A DNA stretch of 10,718 nt from Oligoflexus sp. (GTDB lineage Bacteria > Bdellovibrionota_B > Oligoflexia > Oligoflexales > Oligoflexaceae): contig JBGSTX010000309.1 of the NCBI GenBank assembly GCA_041736305.1, forward strand, positions 1 to 10,718, given 5' to 3'. This document shows positions 1 to 6,856 of this stretch, piece by piece (position 1 is the stretch's first letter; every line of letters begins with the position of its first letter). The position numbers were made by a program, and so were the translations under genes. The notes beneath the pieces are model-generated. The model had not been told where the DNA came from, did not search any database, and saw nothing but the letters and a program-made list of their open reading frames with translations.

Positions 1-329
1 AAACGACGCTCCTGACCATCCAACACAAAACAATTATGCGTAAAAACAACAGCAGGAGAACGCGAGTACTCACCAAAAGACTCAACCAAAAGATTGTCCC
101 CATGCTTCGCAGGAGACTTATACTCAAGCTGCGCCTTACTCACCACAAAATGCATCCCCTCCTGCTGCCACAAATCCCGCAGAAACTGAATGCCTATCAA
201 ATGCTCCCGCGCCCGCTCGAAAAACTTCAGATAATTCGAGTGATACACAAAACCTGAAAGGTCAGTATCCTCATAATAAATCGGGAGCTCAAAACCCCCC
301 CTCAATATACCCGGAAGATTAGAGTCCAA
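1..329 (-). CDS. ybgC: YbgC/4HBT-family (hotdog fold) acyl-CoA thioesterase, 3' end beyond the window edge
   Basis: Not in the ORF track; translated by hand on the minus strand: (M)DSNLPGILRGGFELPIYYEDTDLSGFVYHSNYLKFFERAREHLIGIQFLRDLWQQEGMHFVVSKAQLEYKSPAKHGDNLLVESFGEYSRSPAVVFTHNCFVLDGQERR... This carries the YbgC hallmark YYEDTDxxGxVYHxNYLKFFERAR and the later YxxPAxxxD motif. The frame is open to base 1. Probable start is TTG at 329 (GGGA upstream, overlapping the mtnP stop by 11 nt); alternative TTG at 305. Confidence 0.9.
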   Translation of the reverse strand, partial: MDSNLPGILRGGFELPIYYEDTDLSGFVYHSNYLKFFERAREHLIGIQFLRDLWQQEGMHFVVSKAQLEYKSPAKHGDNLLVESFGEYSRSPAVVFTHNCFVLDGQERR

Positions 330-1200
330 GATATTTCCCGTATAACAACGCTAAATCCCTTTTCTTCTGCTCAGGTATCACTTCCGGCGCCGTAAGAATC
401 GAATACTTCGCAATCTCAAAAATCTTACTCGTATGCGTCTCCGGCAAACCCTTTATGAGCTCCCTGACTATCTCATTCGCATTCTCACTATTCGCCTTCA
501 AAACAGCTAAAACCGCATCTACACTGACATCTGCCTCACCCTCATGCCAGCAGTCATAGTCCGTCGCTAAAGCTAGCATCCCATAACAAAGCTCCGCCTC
601 GCGCGCTAACTTCGCCTCGGGAATACCCGTCATGCCGATGACCGCAGGCCGCAACGTCGCACGGTAGTGATGCGACTCCGCACGCGTCGAAAACTGAGGG
701 CCCTCTATACACACATAAGCCCCCCCACGATGCACACGCGCACTCACCTTCCGCGCCGCTACCTCTATCCACCCACTCAAATCAGAACAGAAAGGATCCG
801 CAAACTCAATGTGACCAACAATCCCCCCGCCAAAGAAACTGCCATTCCTCTGACCCTTCGTCCGATCATAAATCTGATCGGGAATCACCATATCACCCGG
901 CTGTATGTACTCCTTCATAATTCCGACAGCACTGACAGCCAAGACATGCGTCACACCCAACGACTTGAGCGCGTAAATATTAGCTCGGTAATTCACCTCA
1001 GACGGGAGATATCGATGACCCTTGCCATGCCGCGGCAGAAAATAAACAGGTCGCCCATTCAAACGCGCCTCGATTATTTTATCAGACGGATCTCCAAATG
1101 GAGTGCTGATCGCATGCTCTTTGATCACCTCGACGCCAGACATCTGATAAACACCAGATCCGCCGATTACCCCCAGTTTTACAGGCAAAGTCACGCTCAT
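319..1200 (-). CDS. mtnP: S-methyl-5'-thioadenosine phosphorylase (MTAP, PNP/MTAP family)
   Basis: Motifs GVIGGSG, TPFGDPSD, FLPRHGKGH, VNYRANIYALKSLGV, EGPQFSTRAES, IGMT..PEAKLAREAE and TDYDCWH. The DxD (DYD) motif is characteristic of MTA-specific (6-aminopurine) enzymes. AAGGA lies upstream, within the end of tex. Confidence 0.95.
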   Translation of the reverse strand: MSVTLPVKLGVIGGSGVYQMSGVEVIKEHAISTPFGDPSDKIIEARLNGRPVYFLPRHGKGHRYLPSEVNYRANIYALKSLGVTHVLAVSAVGIMKEYIQPGDMVIPDQIYDRTKGQRNGSFFGGGIVGHIEFADPFCSDLSGWIEVAARKVSARVHRGGAYVCIEGPQFSTRAESHHYRATLRPAVIGMTGIPEAKLAREAELCYGMLALATDYDCWHEGEADVSVDAVLAVLKANSENANEIVRELIKGLPETHTSKIFEIAKYSILTAPEVIPEQKKRDLALLYGKYLGL

Positions 1201-1206
1201 GAGAAT

Positions 1207-3732
1207 CTATTTCCTTTGATTGAACTTAGCTAAAAGATCGTCCATCGTGAAGGTCTGCTGCTGACGCCCACCAGGCTTTCCAGCACCCTGCGCCGCTGCC
1301 GGCTCCGAACCCGTCCTGTGCTTCAAAGGACCCTTGCGCTGCTCACTGCCCCCGCGAGGAGCTGCCTGCAAAGTTTGCCGCGAAGCATCTCCACGATTCT
1401 GCTGTGGTATGGTCTGCCCAGGAGACTTCGCCTGCACGGGCGATGGACCACTGACAGCCTGAGCCTGGACCTGAATCTTGCGGCTTAAACCGATGCGCCG
1501 CCGCTGAAGATCTACTTCAATCACCCGCACCTCGACCACATCACCCACCGAAACTACCTTCGAAGGATCATCGACAAACTGATTCGACAACTCACTGATG
1601 TGAATCAAACCATCCTGATGCACACCGATATCCACGAAAGCACCGAAATTGGTCACATTCGTCACCGTGCCAGGCAGAATCATGCCTACCTTCAAATCGT
1701 CTATCTCAGAAACATCGTCGGAATACATGAGGCGAGCCCCATCTTCCCGCGGATCGCGACCTGGCTTGATAAGTTCGCTCGCGATATCCTTCAGCGTCGG
1801 CATTCCAAAACGATCCGTCACATACTTTTCCAACGGAATCGTATCGACCAAACTCCGATTGCCAATGATATCCAACAGACCCTTGTTGTGGTCTTTAGCC
1901 ATCTGCTCAATCACTTCATACGACTCAGGGTGAACCGCTGAATTGTCCAGAGGGTTGGTCGATTCGGGAACCCGCAGGAACCCCGCCGCTTGCTGGAATA
2001 CTTTAGGACCAAGACCCGATACCTCGAGCAGATCCTTCCTCGAAGCAAACTTACCACTCTTGTCGCGGCGAGCTACTATGTTCTTGGCCAGAGTTCCACC
2101 GATACCCGACACATAACTCAGCAGCTTATAGCTGGCCGTGTTCACATTCACACCGACCCGGTTCACACAGCTTTCGACAACTTCCTCAAGACTGGTCTTC
2201 AGCTTAGTGACATTCACATCATGCTGATACTGACCAACTCCAATCGAACGCGGATCGATCTTGACCAGTTCGGCCAAGGGATCCTGCAAGCGACGAGCGA
2301 TACTCACCGCGCTGCGGATCGTCGGATCTAGCTCAGGAAACTCTTCGCGCGCTATATCCATCGTCGAATAAACCGAAGCTCCCGCCTCGTTTACCACCAG
2401 ACGCTTGATCTCCTTGAGATCGTTCTCCTTGAGAACGTTAGCAATCAAACGCATAATCTCGCGACTACCCGTACCATTACCAACCGCGATATAACGGACA
2501 TCGTAGGTCTTGATAAGGCGGAGGATTTCTTCCTTCGCCTTGCCAGTCTTGGTCGTCTCGCGATCGCCCAAATCTGTCATCAGAGTCGTGTGGGTCAGAA
2601 GCTTGCCCGTTTCATCAATAACAGCAAATTTTGAACCCGTCCGCAGACCAGGGTCGACTCCCAAAACTGTTTTGCCAGGAATCGGAGGCAAGAGAAGGAG
2701 GTTCTGCAGATTGTCCGAAAAAACTCGAATAGCTTCGGTCTCGGCCGTCTGCTTCAGCTGCAGACGCAGCTCAGTCTCGATCGAAGGACTGATCAGACGA
2801 CGATAAGCGTCCTCAATGATCCCCTCCATCCAAGCTCTTACCTCAGGCGAGGTCCGCTTCTCGCCGATTACAGCAGATTTCAACTCAGTGCCGATCCGAG
2901 CGGTGTCGACGTCGATATTGACCTTGAGGACTTTTTCAGCCTCGCCCCGCCTCACCGCCATTACACGGTGAGAAGCAGCCTTGGCAATCGGCTCGCGGTA
3001 ATCAAAATAATTCTGGTACTTCGAAGGGTCGGTCTTCTTCCCCTTCTTCTCTTTACCCGAACCAGTCGCCGACTGAACCGGCTCCTCGGTCGCAGGAGCA
3101 TCCTGCTTTTGAGAGACGAGCACGCCCGTGTCCTGAGACGTATGCCGCACGAGAGAACGGAACTCGGCCGTTTCTGCAATCCGCTCGGCGTAGATATCGG
3201 CCGCACCAGCCAGAGCTGATTTCTCATCGAGAACCCGCAGCGCAGGCTCTATCGTGCTATCAGCCGGAGTGACGAACTCCCTGGCCAGCGCATTGAGATC
3301 GCTGAGCGTCGCGGACTCGGCCAAAATCTTTTCGAGCAAAGGCTCCAGACCTTTTTCCTTCGCGACCTGAGCGCGAGTCCGACGCTTCGGTTTGAAAGGG
3401 AGATAGAGGTCTTCGAGTTCCTGCTTGGTTTCACACTTCTCGAACTTGAGGCGCAGTTCGGGGAACTTGGCCATCAACTCCGGACTCTTCTTGCAGTGCT
3501 CCTCGACTACCTTGATGTACTTGCCCTTGTTCGTTTCGAGCTCAGTAAGGTAATTGAAGCGGTCTCTGATATCTCGAAGAGCAACTTCGTCCAAACTCCC
3601 TGTCATCTCTTTCCGATAACGGGCCACGAAGGGTATCGTGCACTCCTCGTCGAACATCAGCTGTACCGAGTTGTGTACCTGAAATTCCTTCAGTCCAAGC
3701 TCTGTTGCAATCTTAGGGATAAGACTTACCAT
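1207..3732 (-). CDS. tex: Tex/YhgF-family RNA-binding transcription accessory protein (Tex N-terminal, YqgF-like RNase H fold, HhH and S1 domains)
   Basis: Motifs TIPFVARYRKEMTGSLDE, LEDLYLPFKPKRRTRA, LGVDPGLRTG, VNEAGASVYS, SIARRLQDPLAELVKIDPRSIGVGQYQHDV, NPLDNSAVHPESY and the S1 domain GTVTNVTNFGAFVDIGVHQDGLIHISEL. GGAG about 8 nt before the ATG. Confidence 0.96.
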   Translation of the reverse strand: MVSLIPKIATELGLKEFQVHNSVQLMFDEECTIPFVARYRKEMTGSLDEVALRDIRDRFNYLTELETNKGKYIKVVEEHCKKSPELMAKFPELRLKFEKCETKQELEDLYLPFKPKRRTRAQVAKEKGLEPLLEKILAESATLSDLNALAREFVTPADSTIEPALRVLDEKSALAGAADIYAERIAETAEFRSLVRHTSQDTGVLVSQKQDAPATEEPVQSATGSGKEKKGKKTDPSKYQNYFDYREPIAKAASHRVMAVRRGEAEKVLKVNIDVDTARIGTELKSAVIGEKRTSPEVRAWMEGIIEDAYRRLISPSIETELRLQLKQTAETEAIRVFSDNLQNLLLLPPIPGKTVLGVDPGLRTGSKFAVIDETGKLLTHTTLMTDLGDRETTKTGKAKEEILRLIKTYDVRYIAVGNGTGSREIMRLIANVLKENDLKEIKRLVVNEAGASVYSTMDIAREEFPELDPTIRSAVSIARRLQDPLAELVKIDPRSIGVGQYQHDVNVTKLKTSLEEVVESCVNRVGVNVNTASYKLLSYVSGIGGTLAKNIVARRDKSGKFASRKDLLEVSGLGPKVFQQAAGFLRVPESTNPLDNSAVHPESYEVIEQMAKDHNKGLLDIIGNRSLVDTIPLEKYVTDRFGMPTLKDIASELIKPGRDPREDGARLMYSDDVSEIDDLKVGMILPGTVTNVTNFGAFVDIGVHQDGLIHISELSNQFVDDPSKVVSVGDVVEVRVIEVDLQRRRIGLSRKIQVQAQAVSGPSPVQAKSPGQTIPQQNRGDASRQTLQAAPRGGSEQRKGPLKHRTGSEPAAAQGAGKPGGRQQQTFTMDDLLAKFNQRK

Positions 3733-3762
3733 GAGATCCGCTCCAATCCGATACGCTTTGCT

Positions 3763-4176
3763 TTAGCAGATTTCGCTAGAGGCGAAGAAAAAATTCACTT
3801 CGTTCTGTGCAGCTTCAGGAGAATCCGAACCATGAACCGTGTTCTCGCCAATCGACTTCGAGAACGACTTGCGGATAGTACCTTCAGCCGCCTGAGCAGG
3901 ATTCGTTGCACCCATGATATCGCGATTGCGTTGGATGACGTTCTCACCCTCAAGGCACATCGCCACCACCGGGCTGCGCGTCATGAATTCGCAGAGTTCA
4001 CCGAAGAAAGGACGAGCCTTATGCACAGCATAAAAAGCCTCGGCCTGCTTGCGGCTGAGCTGCACTTTCTTGATCGCAGCAATACGGATACCCTGATCCT
4101 CAAACTTGCTGATGACCTTACCAACTAGATTACGTTCGACACCATCGGGCTTAATGATAGAAAGAGTGCGCTCCAA
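3763..4176 (-). CDS. ndk: Nucleoside diphosphate kinase
   Basis: [33 protein letters not shown] and catalytic NTVHGSDS; 137 aa. TTG start with AGGAG (4183-4187) 6 nt upstream. Confidence 0.98.
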   Translation of the reverse strand: MERTLSIIKPDGVERNLVGKVISKFEDQGIRIAAIKKVQLSRKQAEAFYAVHKARPFFGELCEFMTRSPVVAMCLEGENVIQRNRDIMGATNPAQAAEGTIRKSFSKSIGENTVHGSDSPEAAQNEVNFFFASSEIC

Positions 4177-4220
4177 AGTATACTCCTGTTATGCGATTAG
4201 CATAAGTTGCATGGGCCCTT

Positions 4221-4226
4221 ACTATA
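4221..4226 (-). promoter_or_regulatory. Candidate sigma70 -10 element for ndk
   Basis: TATAGT on the minus strand about 45 nt upstream of the ndk start, next to an 8-nt T run (4228-4235). No good -35 at 17-bp spacing (TATCCT). Confidence 0.35.
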
Positions 4227-4412
4227 GAAAAAAAACGCTTCTAAGGATACTTGAACAAGAAAAATTGACAAGCAGCCACTGTGGTAGTTTGGAGTAGTCC
4301 TGCTCTATGTATTAAATAGGAGTTAAAGACGTAGTTTCTGGCGGAAGATTGAGTCGGAGAAAAGCCGAGAGAAGGCTGAGGGAAGCGGTAAAGACTCGCA
4401 TAAAAAGAACTT

Positions 4413-4446
4413 AAAAACAGAAGCAAGGGCGCGAAAGCACGCCCCT
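4413..4446 (-). terminator. Probable intrinsic (rho-independent) terminator after the small lipoprotein gene
   Basis: Minus strand AGGGGCGTG-CTTT-CGCGCCCTT is a 9-bp GC-rich stem including G-U pairs, followed by GCTTCTGTTTTT. It begins 8 nt after the stop at 4455. Confidence 0.65.
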
Positions 4447-4454
4447 CTAAGGAC

Positions 4455-4664
4455 TCAATAGCACATCAGGCGGCCTTCAATTTTTACTACTCGCGACCCG
4501 CCGGTTTTGTAGCACTTCAGAACTGCGCGTTTGTAATCGCGGTCCTCGCTACTGTTGATGGGCTCAGATCCCCCGTCATTACCAGAAGGGCCACCACCAC
4601 CACCACCAGCACAGGCCTGTAGCCCCCCGCTGAGCAAAAACATAAAAATATAGAAACGACGCAT
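4455..4664 (-). CDS. Small (69 aa) putative lipoprotein of unknown function
   Basis: GGAGG RBS 7 nt before the ATG. Signal peptide MRR-FYIFMFLLSGG with lipobox-like LQA|C, then a Gly-rich linker and a C-terminal two-Cys domain. Flanked by a candidate promoter and terminator. Confidence 0.8.
   Translation of the reverse strand: MRRFYIFMFLLSGGLQACAGGGGGGPSGNDGGSEPINSSEDRDYKRAVLKCYKTGGSRVVKIEGRLMCY
4591..4608. repeat. (CCA)6 trinucleotide microsatellite encoding the Gly6 linker of the small lipoprotein
   Basis: ccaccaccaccaccacca on the plus strand; reads GGT GGT GGT GGT GGT GGC on the minus strand. Confidence 0.85.
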
Positions 4665-4704
4665 GAGGCTTCCTCCACCGCTTGGCTGATGGGACTATGC
4701 CTCT

Positions 4705-4713
4705 ATTCTAGCA
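4705..4713 (-). promoter_or_regulatory. Extended -10 promoter candidate for the small lipoprotein gene
   Basis: Minus strand TGcTAGAAT matches TGnTATAAT with one mismatch, about 40 nt upstream of the ATG at 4664. Confidence 0.5.
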
Positions 4714-4742
4714 CGTTTAATGCAAAACCCAGTGGGCAGTCC

Positions 4743-5294
4743 TTACTCAGCGCGCAAGAGGCCCAAAAGATGACCGACGCTGACCTGCTGGCCGACTAAG
4801 GCATGAAGTTCAGCTACTTTTCCGGAGCTTTTTGCAAAAATCTTATTCTCCATTTTCATAGCCTCAATGACGAAAAGTTCTTGGCCCCGCTCCACCCACT
4901 GACCGAGTTCGATATGAACCTTTAGCACCTTGCCGACCATGGGAGAACGAATCGACTCACCCTGACTTCCGGCCGCCTGCGCCCGACCTTCCAGGCCAGG
5001 ACCGTGAATCGCCAAATCATTTCGCAGAGACTGGATGCCTGTGGCTGCTCCTCCGACGTACTCAAGGATGATCGATGTGAACATCTCGCCTGGAAAACGC
5101 TGACTCACGGCCGAGCGATATTTGAGAGGATGCTCGCAAAGCTCTCCCTCCCGCCGGATAAAGAGAGTGCGCATGATTGGCTCCCAGCAGATTTCCCAGG
5201 CCTCTGACTTAATTTGTGCCCGACTCCAGACGCCTGGACTGAGGTGGTCGGGAAGGCTGATCTGAAGGTCTTTGCTTTGGCTCACCCACTTCAT
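4743..5294 (-). CDS. Biotin carboxyl carrier subunit of acyl-CoA carboxylase with N-terminal extension (183 aa)
   Basis: C-terminal biotinyl domain IRSPMVGKVLKV...IEAMKMENKI with the MKM biotinylation site. Start reassigned from 5366 to the ATG at 5294 (MKWVSQ), which has AAGGA 6 nt upstream and removes the overlap with the upstream gene. Confidence 0.9.
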   Translation of the reverse strand: MKWVSQSKDLQISLPDHLSPGVWSRAQIKSEAWEICWEPIMRTLFIRREGELCEHPLKYRSAVSQRFPGEMFTSIILEYVGGAATGIQSLRNDLAIHGPGLEGRAQAAGSQGESIRSPMVGKVLKVHIELGQWVERGQELFVIEAMKMENKIFAKSSGKVAELHALVGQQVSVGHLLGLLRAE

Positions 5295-5323
5295 TTTTTG
5301 TCCTTTGACTGGCAGTCTCTTCG

Positions 5324-6838
5324 CTAAATGCGCCGCGTAGACTCGAGCCTTGCAGCCTGGCCCCACGTGCTGGTGCTCACTTCGGGAGTCGCTGTCCTTA
5401 ATCCTTCCCGTTCGAGCTGAACCTGAAAGGCTGCGAGCATCGGCCCAAAGTGGGCATCGGCAGCTGAGGCCTTCAGTCCGCTCTCGATCTCTTTCTGATA
5501 CTGCGCGAGAAATCCTGTATCAAATTCTCCCGCACGAAAAGCAGGATGCTGGAGGACTAACTCGTGAAAACGTGCGGTGGTCGGAATCCCTTCGCACTCG
5601 AATTCACCGAGGGCGCGCAGCATCCTTTGAATAGCCTCCTCGCGATCAGAACCATAGCTGATGAACTTGGCTATCATCGAGTCATACTCAGACGGAATCG
5701 TGTACGAGGGATAAATATGAGTATCGATGCGCAGACCGGGACCAGCCGGCAGATGCAAATGGCGAATCTGCCCGGGGCCCGGCATAAAATCCTGGGCCGG
5801 ATCCTCGGCGTTGATCCTTGTCTCAATCGCCCAACCTCGAATCTGAATATCACTCTGCTGCAAGCGCAGCTTCTTAGTAGCCGCCACCCGGATTTGTTCC
5901 TGAATCAGATCGATGCCGGTGATCATCTCCGTCACCGGGTGCTCGACTTGGATGCGCGTATTCATTTCCATAAAATACGCCTTGTGCGGTGCCTCGCAGA
6001 TAAACTCGATCGTACCGACGCCTTCGTAGGCCGCCGCCAATGCAGCTTTGACCGCGATCTCGCCAAGTTCATGGCGCTGCGCATCGTTCAGATAAAGGCT
6101 GGGGGCTTCTTCGATCAGCTTTTGATGCCGCCGCTGAATCGAACAATCGCGCTCGAAAAGGTGTATCCCCCGCTTCCCATCACAGAGGACCTGCACCTCG
6201 ATGTGACGAGGGGCGCTAATGTATCGCTCAGCAAAGATCGTCTCATCGCCGAAGTAGGACAAAGCTTCGCGGCGACAGGCTTCGAAAGAAGGCTCAAGAT
6301 CAGCGTCGGTGCGGACGATCCGCATACCACGCCCACCCCCTCCGGCTGCAGCTTTGAGAATCAGTGGATAGCCGGTGTTCGCCACGACTTCCTTGAGACT
6401 GCTCAAATCGCGCAGGGCCCCATCACTTCCTGGAACGATGGGAACCTTGTGCTGTCGCATGAGCTCTTTTGCACGAACCTTATCGCCCATCAGGTGCATC
6501 GCTTCCACTGAAGGACCGATGAAGCTGACCCCTAGGCTGCGAACAGCCTCACAAAAAGCTGCATTTTCCGAGAGGAATCCGTAGCCTGGATGCACCGCAT
6601 CCGCTCCTGAAACGCGGATGGCGTTCAGCAAGGTAGGAATATCGAGATAGGTTTCGCGCGAACTGCGTCCAGGGAGGCGAACAGCCTCATTGGCAAACTT
6701 CCGGTGCATACTCAAGGAGTCGGCATCTGAGTAGACGGCAACGCTGGGAATCCCTAGATCGCGCAGACTGCGCATAATGCGCAAAGCGATCTCACCGCGG
6801 TTGGCAACCAAGACCTTTTTGAACAGAGGCGAATTCAT
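5324..6838 (-). CDS. accC: Biotin carboxylase subunit of acetyl/propionyl-CoA carboxylase (504 aa)
   Basis: KVLVANRGEIA, HPGYGFLSENA, KAAAGGGGRGMR, ERDCSIQRRHQKLIEEAPS, FMEMNTRIQVEHPVTE, RINAEDP, YDSMIAK. Start reassigned to the ATG at 6838 (AGGAG at 6843-6847). No fused biotinyl domain. Confidence 0.95.
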   Translation of the reverse strand: MNSPLFKKVLVANRGEIALRIMRSLRDLGIPSVAVYSDADSLSMHRKFANEAVRLPGRSSRETYLDIPTLLNAIRVSGADAVHPGYGFLSENAAFCEAVRSLGVSFIGPSVEAMHLMGDKVRAKELMRQHKVPIVPGSDGALRDLSSLKEVVANTGYPLILKAAAGGGGRGMRIVRTDADLEPSFEACRREALSYFGDETIFAERYISAPRHIEVQVLCDGKRGIHLFERDCSIQRRHQKLIEEAPSLYLNDAQRHELGEIAVKAALAAAYEGVGTIEFICEAPHKAYFMEMNTRIQVEHPVTEMITGIDLIQEQIRVAATKKLRLQQSDIQIRGWAIETRINAEDPAQDFMPGPGQIRHLHLPAGPGLRIDTHIYPSYTIPSEYDSMIAKFISYGSDREEAIQRMLRALGEFECEGIPTTARFHELVLQHPAFRAGEFDTGFLAQYQKEIESGLKASAADAHFGPMLAAFQVQLEREGLRTATPEVSTSTWGQAARLESTRRI

Positions 6839-6856
6839 AGGGCTCCTTTGCAGCAA

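Noticed and set aside
36..257. 73-aa plus-strand ORF (frame open from base 3)
   Set aside because: Antisense shadow of ybgC. Because ybgC codons nearly all end in G/T, the opposite-strand codons start with C/A and rarely form stops.
295..301. G7 homopolymer near the ybgC start as a phase-variation site
   Set aside because: Short tract, in frame, and expected under the local G/T bias; no evidence of length variation.
4241..4426. 61-aa minus-strand ORF in the ndk upstream gap
   Set aside because: It starts inside the terminator hairpin, lacks a convincing RBS, and its F/S/L-rich sequence simply mirrors the purine-rich opposite strand.
4448..4745. 8-bp inverted repeat TAAGGACT (4448-4455) / AGTCCTTA (4738-4745) flanking the small lipoprotein unit, as possible mobile or invertible element ends
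   Set aside because: Only 8 bp and not extendable; both copies overlap stop codons; no clear target duplication and no recombinase or transposase nearby. Likely chance.
5295..5366. N-terminal extension of the biotin carrier ORF given in the track
   Set aside because: It overlaps the accC 3' end; the ATG at 5294 has a better RBS.
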